Notes: generated by a model from the letters alone, not told the origin. DNA of 64,000 nt from an uncultured Acidimicrobiales bacterium (GCA_937930695.1 CALHCB010000031.1:2109-66108), one strand, 5' to 3'; shown: positions 33,176-42,777, numbered from the stretch's first letter. Translations and numbers: made by a program.

Positions 33176-35136
33176 GCTCCCGCACCTACTGGTTCGTGAT
33201 CATCGTGACCGTGATCGTGTGGAATGTCGAGATCGTCTGCAGGCTCCAGGGCCCAGCCGTACATCGAAGCGACAAGAAGGAACGCACCGGGGATACAGAG
33301 CCAGAGCGAGAAGATGAGGCCGTAGCCAATGATGGGCAAGCTGCCAGCGAGAAGAATCGGCCAGTACGACGGTGCGGGAAGATGCACGCCTTCACCATTG
33401 CCCGGCTGGGCAATCTCTTCAGCTGCGGCGACTCGACGGAGACGGCCGTGCTCGTCTTCTGCGTACTTGCGGTGCCACCAGTCGTCGAGTGACGACACGT
33501 GGGGGTCAACATCAAAGTTGTGCTCAGGGGCCGGTGACTGGATGGACCACTCGATGGTGCGCCCATCCCATGGATCGGGACCGCAGTCGGGGCGGCCAGC
33601 AGCTTTCCAGGCTCGGTGAGACAGCAGCGCGTTCACCAAGACCAACAACGTGCCGACTGCCAGGATGAACGACCCGATGGTGGCAACGAAGTTCCAGAAG
33701 GTGAATCCCATTGCGTCGTCGTAGGTCTGCATACGGCGCGGCATGCCTTGAAGCCCGAGGACGTGCATAGGACCGAAGGTCAGGTTGAAACCAATGACCA
33801 TCAGCCAGAAGTTCCACAGACCCATCTTCTCGTTCATCTTGTAGCCAAATGCCTTTGGCCACCAGAAGTAGAAGCCGGCCATGAAGCCGAAGAGTGCACC
33901 ACCGAAGAGCACGTAATGGAAGTGAGCCACGATGTAGTAGGTGTCGGTCTGTTGGGTGTCGGAAGGGGCGATGGCGTGAGAGACGCCTGACAGGCCACCG
34001 ATGGTGAACTGTGTGACAAGCCCGAGTGAGAACAACATGGCGGTGTTCAGGGTGAGTTTTCCGCCCCATAACGTCGCGATCCAGTTCAAGATCTTCACAC
34101 CAGTTGGAACCGCAATGAACATGGTGGCCACCGAAAAGGCAGTGACCGACAGTGGGCCGAGTCCGGAGACGAACATGTGGTGCGCCCACACGCCCCAACC
34201 CATGAAGCCGATGGCGATGCCGGAGAAGACCATGAACGGATAGCCGAAGATTGGCTTGCGGGCGAAGGTCGGGATGACCTCGGAGACGATGCCGAACGCA
34301 GGGAGGATCATCAGGTACACCTCGGGGTGACCGAAGATCCAGAACAGATGCTGCCAAAGCAGCGGATCCGAGCCCTGCTGAACGTTGAAGAAGTTGCCCT
34401 CGAACACCCGGTCCATGAGCAACAGGATCTGAGCCACGGTGAGAACGGGAATGGCGAAGAGCAGAAGGAACTGGGTAACCAACGTCATCCACACGAAGAC
34501 CGGCATCTTCATGAGGCTCATGCCCGGAGCTCGCATGTTCAGGACGGTGGTGATCAGGTTGATGGCACCGGTAAGCGAGCCGATACCGGCGATCAGCAGA
34601 CCGACGTTCCAGAAGTCAATGCCCGTCGAAGGTGAGTAGACAATGCCGTTGTTCGGTGCGTAGTTGAACCAACCACCGTTGGCGCCACCTCCGAGGAACC
34701 AGCTCGTGTTGAGCATCACGCCACCGAAGAAGAACACCCAGAAGCTGAATGCGTTGATTCGGGGGAACGCAACGTCTCGAGCACCAACTTGCAGCGGCAT
34801 CAAGAAGTTGGCAAATGCTGCACCAATCGGCATCACAACCAAGAACACCATCACGGTGCCGTGCATGGTGAAGATGCGGTTGTATTGATCCGCAGACAGG
34901 AAACTTGAATTGGGTGTCGCGAGTTGCACCCGGATCGCCAGCGCAGCGGCGCCGCCGATCAGAAGGAAGAACATGGCGGCGGCGCCGTACATGATCCCGA
35001 TCTTCTTGTGGTCGACTGTGGTCAGCCAGTCTTTGAGACCGGTGGCTTCGCGGGGTCGCGAAAATGCGCCGAGCGGATTGTTCGCAAGACCTTCATTACC
35101 TGAAGGAAGTGCGAGCGGTTCCTCGATGATCGCCAT
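33172..35136 (-). CDS. ctaD: cytochrome c oxidase subunit I
   Basis: 654-aa ORF with all canonical ligand motifs: FTMHGTVMVF, WIFGHPEVY, WAHHMF and VAHFHYV. Confidence 0.95.
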   Translation of the reverse strand: MAIIEEPLALPSGNEGLANNPLGAFSRPREATGLKDWLTTVDHKKIGIMYGAAAMFFLLIGGAAALAIRVQLATPNSSFLSADQYNRIFTMHGTVMVFLVVMPIGAAFANFLMPLQVGARDVAFPRINAFSFWVFFFGGVMLNTSWFLGGGANGGWFNYAPNNGIVYSPSTGIDFWNVGLLIAGIGSLTGAINLITTVLNMRAPGMSLMKMPVFVWMTLVTQFLLLFAIPVLTVAQILLLMDRVFEGNFFNVQQGSDPLLWQHLFWIFGHPEVYLMILPAFGIVSEVIPTFARKPIFGYPFMVFSGIAIGFMGWGVWAHHMFVSGLGPLSVTAFSVATMFIAVPTGVKILNWIATLWGGKLTLNTAMLFSLGLVTQFTIGGLSGVSHAIAPSDTQQTDTYYIVAHFHYVLFGGALFGFMAGFYFWWPKAFGYKMNEKMGLWNFWLMVIGFNLTFGPMHVLGLQGMPRRMQTYDDAMGFTFWNFVATIGSFILAVGTLLVLVNALLSHRAWKAAGRPDCGPDPWDGRTIEWSIQSPAPEHNFDVDPHVSSLDDWWHRKYAEDEHGRLRRVAAAEEIAQPGNGEGVHLPAPSYWPILLAGSLPIIGYGLIFSLWLCIPGAFLLVASMYGWALEPADDLDIPHDHGHDDHEPVGAGA

Positions 35137-35154
35137 GGATCAGTCAGCTCCTGC

Positions 35155-36633
35155 TCAATCGAGAGTCGCCAAATAGGCGACAAGATGGTCGAGATCTTCT
35201 TCGGACAGTGCCGGGAACGCCGGCATTCCACGCAGGTCTTCAGGCGCCATGGCCTTCTGATCTGGGGCATTCGCAATCCATCGCTTCAGGATTGCGGCAT
35301 TCAATCGGTAGTCACCGTCGGGATTGCCGTCGTCGACCGAGAGCTCGAAGTACTCGCCGACATCGATGTTGTCGTCGTCGGCATCAATGCCTGCGTACTG
35401 GCTGTAGATGGCTCCGGCAAAGACCGTACGAGTCGCAAAGTGCGTGAGGTTCGGTGCGGCACCAGCGGTGAGCGCTGATTCGAAATCCTTGACCGTGCCT
35501 GGCTCCAGGTCCGGCAGCTCTTCACCCTCGACGACAGGTGGGCCGTAGGAGAGATTGCCGTCGTTCACGACGTGGCACGACATGCAATTCGCCTGGAAGA
35601 GCTGATAGCCAGCCCAGACCTCTTCGTCAGATTCGGAGGGCACCTCGGCGAGACCGAGCTGGTTGTCGAGCCAGGCATCGAACTCTTCACCGGACAGCGC
35701 AACCGAACTCATTCGCATGCGAGCGTGAGAAAGACCGCAGTACTCGGTGCACCAGCCGGTGTATTCACCGGGCTCATCGGCTTCGAGGGACCAGGTATGG
35801 ATTCGGCCCGGCACGGTGTCTCGCTTGCCGTTGAGCCGCGGAATCCAGAAGGAATGGATGACGTCGCGGGACGTCAATTCGAGGTCGATCTGTTCACCAG
35901 CAGGGATCACGAGCTGATTCGCGATCACCAGATCGTCATCGTCGAGCGCAATGTTGAGGGGCCACTCAGCATCATCAAGATCGCCGCCGGCACCGTTCGG
36001 TCCGTAGATCTCACCGTCGCCATCGACGTCTTCGAAGAAGCCGTCGCAGTCGATGTCATAGCGGTATTCCCACCACCACTGCTGGCCAATGACCATCACG
36101 TCGAGCTCGCCCGAGCGAGCGCCATCGGCATTCGCACGACACTCGCCAGCTGCTGGGTCGCTGTTGGTTTCTTCGAGCTCCCAGATTCCCACAACTGTCG
36201 GGATGGAGATCGCGGCGAGGAGAACCGCCGGAGCAATCGTCCAGCCGATCTCGAGCTTGAAGTTGCCGTGGACCTGCTCGGGAAGATCGTCCTCGTCGTA
36301 GTCCTCGGGCTTCACACGATTCTTCATCGCGAGCCCGATCGTTCCGAAGACGACCAAGACGAAAACGATCGCCATGATGACCCAGATGGGCTGCATCAAC
36401 TTGTCGATGGCCTCGGCCCGGGGACCACGAGGCTCGAACGTATTGAGCGGTTTGTCCTCGGCACAGGCCGAAACGAGAAGTGCGAGCGCTCCAACAAGAG
36501 CGGTCTTCTTCAATGACATGAGTGCGGGGATGCGGGGCATGACCTTCCCAAGAGTTGTGCTCATGGAGACGGAGTGCAAAGTCGAGCGGGTCTGGTCGAT
36601 TGTCACGTTCGTGTCGTTCACGTTCGTGCTCAT
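35155..36633 (-). CDS. ctaC: cytochrome c oxidase subunit II with fused C-terminal cytochrome c domain (caa3 type)
   Basis: CuA motif HSFWIP...CTEYCGLSHARM and heme-c motif CMSCH. The start was chosen at the ATG at 36633, which overlaps the upstream stop (TGATG) and has a GGAGG SD. The ATG at 36540 is an alternative. The Arg-rich part of the ORF further upstream was rejected. Confidence 0.9.
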   Translation of the reverse strand: MSTNVNDTNVTIDQTRSTLHSVSMSTTLGKVMPRIPALMSLKKTALVGALALLVSACAEDKPLNTFEPRGPRAEAIDKLMQPIWVIMAIVFVLVVFGTIGLAMKNRVKPEDYDEDDLPEQVHGNFKLEIGWTIAPAVLLAAISIPTVVGIWELEETNSDPAAGECRANADGARSGELDVMVIGQQWWWEYRYDIDCDGFFEDVDGDGEIYGPNGAGGDLDDAEWPLNIALDDDDLVIANQLVIPAGEQIDLELTSRDVIHSFWIPRLNGKRDTVPGRIHTWSLEADEPGEYTGWCTEYCGLSHARMRMSSVALSGEEFDAWLDNQLGLAEVPSESDEEVWAGYQLFQANCMSCHVVNDGNLSYGPPVVEGEELPDLEPGTVKDFESALTAGAAPNLTHFATRTVFAGAIYSQYAGIDADDDNIDVGEYFELSVDDGNPDGDYRLNAAILKRWIANAPDQKAMAPEDLRGMPAFPALSEEDLDHLVAYLATLD

Positions 36634-37418
36634 CAACCCTCCCCGTCCTCGGAGTGTTCCTCGGAATGATCTTCTTCGTGATGTTCGAAGCTGCGCTGCC
36701 CGACGGCGGCGCCAACGATGCCACTGACGAGGACCACAACGGCCCCTGCGGCAACGATTCCGTTCATGACGTTGCGCGTCACGTCCATCTTCGAAAGGGC
36801 GACAGCGCCAAAGAAGACGATGATCGCAACGACGGCGCCAGCGACGACGGCGCCGTTGGCGGAAGTCGCAAGGAAGACACGGGAGAAGCCGACGGCGATC
36901 ACGGCGATGACGAGACACGCCATCATCGGTATTTCGACGGGACCCAGAACCCGGCGTCGAATCACCTCGTTGACTTCAGGATCTCCAGTGGCTCGATCCG
37001 ACCAGGCCAGCACGACCCAGTTCAGACCCGCAGCAGCGAGCACGGCAAGCCCGAGAATGAAGAAGGCCTGACTTACGGCGAGCCCGATGATGACCGAGGC
37101 GATGCCAAAGGCAGTCACCGGTGCCCAGAGGCTGGGACCAGAAGGCGGCGTCAGATTCGGAACGTGGCTGGCACCGATTCGATGGGCCATTGCGTCGGCA
37201 TCACCATCACGAGTGATGATTGTGGTGACACCAAGAGCGAACGCGGACAGGGCCGCTCCAATGAGAATCGTGTAGCCGAGGTGATCGCCAACACCACCCT
37301 TGTAGCCAGCACTGACGACGCCGATCGGCTCGCCACCGGTGACCAGCCCATAGACAATCGCGCCGAAGAGCGCGACTCCCGCCAAGCCGAAGAAATATCG
37401 AGAACCCCAAGTAAGCAT
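36633..37418 (-). CDS. hypothetical polytopic membrane protein with His/Glu-rich C-terminal tail
   Basis: 261-aa ORF with about 6 predicted TM helices and the tail FEHHEEDHSEEHSEDGEG. It is wedged between the subunit III-like gene and ctaC with overlapping or short junctions. Confidence 0.6.
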   Translation of the reverse strand: MLTWGSRYFFGLAGVALFGAIVYGLVTGGEPIGVVSAGYKGGVGDHLGYTILIGAALSAFALGVTTIITRDGDADAMAHRIGASHVPNLTPPSGPSLWAPVTAFGIASVIIGLAVSQAFFILGLAVLAAAGLNWVVLAWSDRATGDPEVNEVIRRRVLGPVEIPMMACLVIAVIAVGFSRVFLATSANGAVVAGAVVAIIVFFGAVALSKMDVTRNVMNGIVAAGAVVVLVSGIVGAAVGQRSFEHHEEDHSEEHSEDGEG

Positions 37419-37427
37419 CGTCAGTCC

Positions 37428-38045
37428 CTACTTTGTGATGTAGATGGCGTACCAAACAGCGAGGTACAGCACGACGGCGACGGTCCAGAACGTTGCGACT
37501 CCATAGAGTCCCTCAACGTCCTTCGAGTTGTATTCCCCACCAAGGGTTCGCAGACCCATGGCGACGGTGTACAGCATGGCCGCACCCATCACCGCCAGGT
37601 GCGTTCCGATAAGGGCATACAGCAACGGAGGCCGTTCGAGGACATCGCCCCGGATCGGCATCTCGAGAATGGTGAGCAGGTAGGCCGTCTGGGCCATGTA
37701 GGCAAAGCCGAACATGAGGCTCAAGCCCAACGCGATGTAGGTGTTGGCGCGGTCATCAGCCTTGATCGAAGCGACCGCCCACACCATGGCCACCACCGAC
37801 ATGCACAGCGTCATCGCCATCATGTTCGGTTGGGTCAACGGAATGTTCACTCCGTCGGGAAGCCACCGCTCGCCCTGCGCGATAACGCCGGCTCGGGTTT
37901 CCAGATAGATGCCGAGCAGGCCGGCCATCCCCATGGTGACGGCTGCCGATGCGAGCATCGTGCCGATGAGAAGAAGGCGAGGTCGGGCGGGTTCTGCCGC
38001 AACAACGCGCTCGGGAATTACGTCGTACACCGTGACGTCTGTCAT
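37428..38045 (-). CDS. heme-copper oxidase subunit III-like membrane protein
   Basis: 205-aa ORF with about 5 TM helices. The C-terminal YGVATFWTVAVVLYLAVWYAIY echoes the COX3 YWHFVDVVW region. The start overlaps the upstream stop by 1 nt. Confidence 0.65.
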   Translation of the reverse strand: MTDVTVYDVIPERVVAAEPARPRLLLIGTMLASAAVTMGMAGLLGIYLETRAGVIAQGERWLPDGVNIPLTQPNMMAMTLCMSVVAMVWAVASIKADDRANTYIALGLSLMFGFAYMAQTAYLLTILEMPIRGDVLERPPLLYALIGTHLAVMGAAMLYTVAMGLRTLGGEYNSKDVEGLYGVATFWTVAVVLYLAVWYAIYITK

Positions 38046-39769
38046 CAGGCGTCTCCTCCGCTCGATGCGTCAACCGGTTCGCCAGCCTCGATGACCTCAG
38101 CTGAATCCTCAGCAGCGGTTTCAGGAGCCAGGTTGAAATCGTCGTCCAGTAGCGGTGTGGACGAGGAGACCACCGGAGCGGTCGAGAAGTTGCCGAGCGG
38201 CGGCGGGCTGACTGTCGCCCACTCAAGAGTTGTGCCCTTCCAAGGTTCAACTGCGGAGCCTCGTCCCGCACTTGCACCAAGGATCTGGAGAAGAAGAAGC
38301 GCTGCGCCACCGGCCAAGAGAACCGCGCCGATACCGGCAACAAGGTTCAGGGCTTCCACGCCAGAGTCGGGATCTTCGGCAATGAGAGGAAGAGCGGGCT
38401 GGGAGAGGAAGCCACTGACCAGCAAGGGAACACCCCAGACGACAGCGCCGCCGGCAGCAGCGAGCGATGCGAGGAGGCCAAGACGATCCTCGACGACTCG
38501 ACCCCAGATCTTGTGACCCCAATGATTGACTCCGGCGATGATGCCGAGAAGCGCTGCGCCGAGCGTCATGGCTCGAATTCCCTCGTGGAACGCCGACCCA
38601 TTCAGGCTCCAGGCGGAGTCCAGATTGATGTCAGCGTCAAAGTTTGTGTTCAGGAAGCCAACAATTGGTTCGACGTTGGGAAGGATTGAGGCGAGGGCGG
38701 CGAGCAGCAACACGACGCCTCCGAGCAGACCAGCAATCAGAGGCGTACGAACCTTGAAAGCACCGGTCTTCATGCTCTCGCCTGCCAGGCCGAGCACCGA
38801 GAGAATGGGAATGGCGCTCAGAAGAATGAGAACAACGAGGGCGCCGTTGTCGAAGGCAACAGGTCGTCCTCGCCCGCCGAAGCTGAAGAAGTCGCCTGCG
38901 AATGAGTAGATCGCCAGGATGCCCAGGGCGCCCATGACGGAGCGATGAAATCGCACGACCTTGCCGGTGTGCACGCTGATTGCATCGACGGCAATTCCCA
39001 GGGTCGGAATACCAACCCAGAAGATGGCTGGAGCGAGGCTCACGCTGTAGAGCACCGAGACCAGACCGGAACGGCTGGTGTCGGTCGGCAAGTAGCCGTA
39101 CTTCACATCGAGGTACGCCAAGAGGAGCTCGGCCATCACGAGCGGAAGGGCCAGTATTCCCGTGATGCTGAAGACCAGGAACGCCCAGGTGCTTACCGGG
39201 GAACGCTCGAGGGTCATGCCGGGTGCTCGGGCTCCGAGAATCGTCGACGCCACACAAATGAGGGCCCAAACGATTGCGCCGATCATGGCGCCAAGCGCCA
39301 AGGTCCACAGGACTACATAGTCGGTACGGCCGCCGCTGGGGCCGCCGTTCATGATGTAGGCGAGGACCAGAATTCCGGTCGAGACGAGCCAGGTCCAGAA
39401 TGCGGTGGCCGCACCACGACTGAAGGCGAGGGCGGATGCCCCAATCTGCAAGGGAGTGATGTAGATGGCGAGCCCGACGAAGAGCGGGACGATGCCGCCG
39501 AACATCATGAGGTCACGGCCAAGGGACCACAGCTGGGTGAACTGATCGGTGTCTTCAACGATGTCGAGGCTGGCGAGATCGGCGTGCTCAAAGCCAGCAA
39601 TGGCGCTCGCAACGATGCCGGCGAGCAGGAAGAGGGCTCCGCTGAACATCCACATTCGGCCTACAGCCTTGTGGTCACCGGTTCCGAAAATGTCGGTAAC
39701 AGCAGCAGTGGACTCGGCGCCGTCAGCGGCAGGCGCGTCGGCCTCGGGGCGGGTGTCAGTCATTGCCAT
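38045..39769 (-). CDS. heme-copper oxidase subunit I-like protein lacking most canonical metal ligands
   Basis: 574-aa ORF that appears collinear with CtaD by eye (DHKAVGRMWM, PLQIGASALAFSR, ARAPGMTLE, EPWKGTTLEWATVSPPP). GHPEVY is replaced by LAPAIF, and the WAHHMF region has no His. The TM2 His is absent and HFHY is replaced by AFHE. Confidence 0.8.
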   Translation of the reverse strand: MAMTDTRPEADAPAADGAESTAAVTDIFGTGDHKAVGRMWMFSGALFLLAGIVASAIAGFEHADLASLDIVEDTDQFTQLWSLGRDLMMFGGIVPLFVGLAIYITPLQIGASALAFSRGAATAFWTWLVSTGILVLAYIMNGGPSGGRTDYVVLWTLALGAMIGAIVWALICVASTILGARAPGMTLERSPVSTWAFLVFSITGILALPLVMAELLLAYLDVKYGYLPTDTSRSGLVSVLYSVSLAPAIFWVGIPTLGIAVDAISVHTGKVVRFHRSVMGALGILAIYSFAGDFFSFGGRGRPVAFDNGALVVLILLSAIPILSVLGLAGESMKTGAFKVRTPLIAGLLGGVVLLLAALASILPNVEPIVGFLNTNFDADINLDSAWSLNGSAFHEGIRAMTLGAALLGIIAGVNHWGHKIWGRVVEDRLGLLASLAAAGGAVVWGVPLLVSGFLSQPALPLIAEDPDSGVEALNLVAGIGAVLLAGGAALLLLQILGASAGRGSAVEPWKGTTLEWATVSPPPLGNFSTAPVVSSSTPLLDDDFNLAPETAAEDSAEVIEAGEPVDASSGGDA

Positions 39770-39997
39770 GGACGAAGGGACCTCAGCGCGGAGAAGGGGA
39801 AAACACGGTCGAAGAGAGCAACTTCGGGCTCAGCGACCCGGCGTTGCGCCGACGGAATTAGCAAACGAACCCAAGAGTGCGCGGCTAGGCCCGGACGACC
39901 GGTCGGTACTGTAACCGACCACGCAGTCAGATTCGAACTCCCAGGACGGGAGATCTCGACAGATACGCAAGTGACACCGACAGGATCGGGCGACACC

Positions 39998-40924
39998 TCA
40001 GCCAACGCCCCACCCAACGAGCTGGTCGATCGCCACCGCTGCGAACAGCACGGTGAGATGGGTGATCGAGAATCCGAAGTAGCGAATTGCTTTGGTGTCG
40101 AGTCGCGATGTGTCCGTTTCTCGGATCAAATCAAGGGCACCCAATGAGAACAAGGCACCAACAACAACCGCACTGCCGAGATAGATCCAGCCCATATCGG
40201 CAACCGGCCACAACGCAAGACTGACTGCCCACACGATGAGGGAATAGACAAAGATTTGGATCGCGGTCGATCGATGCCCAGCAACGACCGGCATCATCGG
40301 AACGCTGGCTGCCGCGTAGTCAGATTCATAGCGAATCGCCAGGGCCCAGAAGTGCGGCGGGGTCCAGAAAAACACCACAAGAAAGAGCAGTACGGCGGGC
40401 CAGGCCACCGTATTTGTCACTGCAGACCAACCAATGAGAACCGGTGCAGCGCCCGCAGCGCCACCGATCACAATGTTCTGTGTCGACGTCCGCTTCAACC
40501 AGATCGTGTAAACAAAGACGTAAAAGCAGCAGGCGGCCACCGCGAGCACCGCTGAGAGAAGGTTGACGAAGGCCCAGAGCCAGAAGAACGAGACAGTTTC
40601 GAGCCCGATCGCGAACGTGAGGCCCTGCTGTGGTGTGAGCTCACCAGTAACCAAGGGGCGTTTGTTGGTTCGCTCCATCAAGGCGTCGATATCTCGATCG
40701 ACGTACATGTTGATGGCGTTGGCACCGCCGGCAGACATTGTTCCGCCGATGACAGTGGCAACAACGAGCCAAAGATCGGGAAGTCCGCGCTGAGCCAACA
40801 CCATTGTTGGAACGGTGCTCACGAGCAACAGCTCGATGATTCGCGGTTTGGTAAGCGCAATATAAGCCCAGGCCCGCGACCGGGTGTTCACAGCGGTCAG
40901 CACCACGGCGTTGAGGGTACCCAC
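39998..40924 (-). CDS. ctaB: protoheme IX farnesyltransferase (heme O synthase)
   Basis: 308-aa UbiA-family ORF containing YIALTKPRIIELL and GANAINMYVDRDIDALMERTNKRP. Confidence 0.9.
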   Translation of the reverse strand: MGTLNAVVLTAVNTRSRAWAYIALTKPRIIELLLVSTVPTMVLAQRGLPDLWLVVATVIGGTMSAGGANAINMYVDRDIDALMERTNKRPLVTGELTPQQGLTFAIGLETVSFFWLWAFVNLLSAVLAVAACCFYVFVYTIWLKRTSTQNIVIGGAAGAAPVLIGWSAVTNTVAWPAVLLFLVVFFWTPPHFWALAIRYESDYAAASVPMMPVVAGHRSTAIQIFVYSLIVWAVSLALWPVADMGWIYLGSAVVVGALFSLGALDLIRETDTSRLDTKAIRYFGFSITHLTVLFAAVAIDQLVGWGVG

Positions 40925-41045
40925 AGCGCGGCGTTCGCGCGAAAGCCTGTGACGGAATTGCCATGTCCCACTGCCTTCGGTGCCGTCGCAACCGCGCTGT
41001 TCTGCCGGTCTGCCGCTCTGGGGCGATTGCCTCTAGCGTGATTTC

Positions 41046-41963
41046 GTGGATTCTCGACGACACGAACAGCTGTCGCGTGCAGTGGTGGTAGCCGGGATCT
41101 TGCTCGCGGTCATCATGTTCACCGGTGCCGCAGTGCGGCTCACCGAGTCCGGCCTTGGATGCCAAGACTGGCCGACCTGCGAAGACAATCAACTCGTCCC
41201 CGAGTGGGGATACCACGGGGCCATCGAGTTCGGAAATCGGCTGATTTCCTTCGTCGTCTCCATCGCCGTCGGTGTTGTTGTCGTACGGGCCCGCCGAATC
41301 CCCGAGCACCCCGAGTTCCTTCGCTGGGCGCTGAGTTTGGTGGCAATCGTCCTGGTGCAGATCGTGCTCGGTGGCATCACGGTGCTCGTTGATCTCCACC
41401 CGATGTTCGTCGGCGTTCACTTCCTGCTGTCCATTTTGTCGATCTGGCAGGCCGCAATGTTGTGGCATCGAATCATGATTTCGGGGCATCATGGTCGCAC
41501 GCTCCCACCTGCACCCCTACGAACTCGCGGGTTGCTCATTGTCGGGCTTGCCGTTGTTGTCCTCGTCTTGGGAACGCTCGTGACGGGCACAGGCCCTCAT
41601 GGCGGCGACTCCGAGGCAGAGCGGCTCAGTCTCGACCTCGAGTCCATTGTGCGACTGCACAGCATCAGCGTGTGGATCATGCTCGCCGCAACTGTTGAAT
41701 TCGCCGCCCGGCTGCGCCGTGGCGGTCATGCCCTCGGCTCGGTGCAGCGCACGTTGGCCCTGATCCTGGTGCAAGGCGGGATCGGCTACGTGCAATATGC
41801 ACGAGGAGTTCCTCCGCTTTTGGTCGAACTCCACGTCATCGGGTCCGTTGCTGTCTGGTTCGCCGTGGTGCGCCAATACCTCTCCCTCACCGAAACCTTG
41901 CCAGACTGGTTCCGCTATGAGTCGTCAACTACCTCCACATCAGTGGCCGCTCCGGGCTCGTAG
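41046..41963 (+). CDS. ctaA: heme A synthase (COX15/CtaA)
   Basis: 305-aa polytopic ORF with the Cys pair [10 protein letters not shown] and conserved His-containing helices ([27 protein letters not shown]). Divergent from ctaB. Confidence 0.85.
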   Translation: MDSRRHEQLSRAVVVAGILLAVIMFTGAAVRLTESGLGCQDWPTCEDNQLVPEWGYHGAIEFGNRLISFVVSIAVGVVVVRARRIPEHPEFLRWALSLVAIVLVQIVLGGITVLVDLHPMFVGVHFLLSILSIWQAAMLWHRIMISGHHGRTLPPAPLRTRGLLIVGLAVVVLVLGTLVTGTGPHGGDSEAERLSLDLESIVRLHSISVWIMLAATVEFAARLRRGGHALGSVQRTLALILVQGGIGYVQYARGVPPLLVELHVIGSVAVWFAVVRQYLSLTETLPDWFRYESSTTSTSVAAPGS

Positions 41964-41974
41964 GTCACTTCACC

Positions 41975-42268
41975 ATGTCTGACATCGAAACACTGGAAAT
42001 CATCGAGGTCGAGAACGAGACCATCACGGACGAAGACCGTCCTTGGAAGGTCATCGTGTGGAACGACCCCATCAATCTGATGGTGTATGTCACCTTCGTG
42101 ATCCAGAAGCTGTTCGGCTACAGCAAAGAGAAGGCCACCAAGATGATGCTCGACGTGCACGAAAAAGGGCGGGCCGTCGTATCGAGCGGCACCAGAGTCG
42201 AAGCGGAGCGGGACGTGAAACGGCTCCACACGCACGGATTGTGGGCCACGATGGAACACGACGAGTAG
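41975..42268 (+). CDS. clpS: ATP-dependent Clp protease adaptor ClpS
   Basis: 97-aa [49 protein letters not shown] is a textbook ClpS core. Confidence 0.9.
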   Translation: MSDIETLEIIEVENETITDEDRPWKVIVWNDPINLMVYVTFVIQKLFGYSKEKATKMMLDVHEKGRAVVSSGTRVEAERDVKRLHTHGLWATMEHDE

Positions 42269-42276
42269 GCAGGACC

Positions 42277-42777
42277 ATGGGACTGTTTCGCAAACGATTC
42301 GTCAGCCGGGAATCAGACGGCACCTACACCATTCGATTTCCCGAGCACATCCGCGAGCTATTGGTTGCCTTGTCCGGCCAGCTCGATTCCGCGCTTCATC
42401 AGGACGACAACCCGGACCTGGCACGTCTCTTCCCTACCGCATACGCGAATGACCCCGAACGCGATGCCGGATATCAGGTTTTTGCCCGAGGCGAACTGAT
42501 CGAGCACCGCAGGGAGGCCATCGCTCTGTTGGCTGAGACTGCAAACAAGCCATCGGTCACCGAAGACGAACTCACCTCGTGGATGCACGTCGTGAACGAC
42601 GTTCGGTTGGTCCTTGGCACTCGCCTCGACGTCGGCGAGGACAGCCACGAAGTCGACGAAGACCACCCAGATGCCGATCTTCATGAGCTCTACCACCTTC
42701 TCGCAGCGGTCCTGAGCGAAATCATTGACGGACTCAGCAGCGCCCTCGATGACGAGGGCACGGTCTTCGGAGACTGA
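42277..42777 (+). CDS. DUF2017-domain protein (clpS-associated)
   Basis: The ORF is trimmed to the ATG at 42277 (MGLFRKRF). An acidic ~166-aa protein at the conserved position downstream of actinobacterial clpS. Confidence 0.65.
   Translation: MGLFRKRFVSRESDGTYTIRFPEHIRELLVALSGQLDSALHQDDNPDLARLFPTAYANDPERDAGYQVFARGELIEHRREAIALLAETANKPSVTEDELTSWMHVVNDVRLVLGTRLDVGEDSHEVDEDHPDADLHELYHLLAAVLSEIIDGLSSALDDEGTVFGD

Noticed and set aside
36634-36918. Arg-rich 95-aa N-terminal extension of the ctaC ORF
   Set aside because: It overlaps the 3' end of the upstream membrane-protein gene in another frame, and its composition (RRRRRWRRR) is non-protein-like. The ATG at 36633 has a GGAGG SD and a TGATG coupling overlap.
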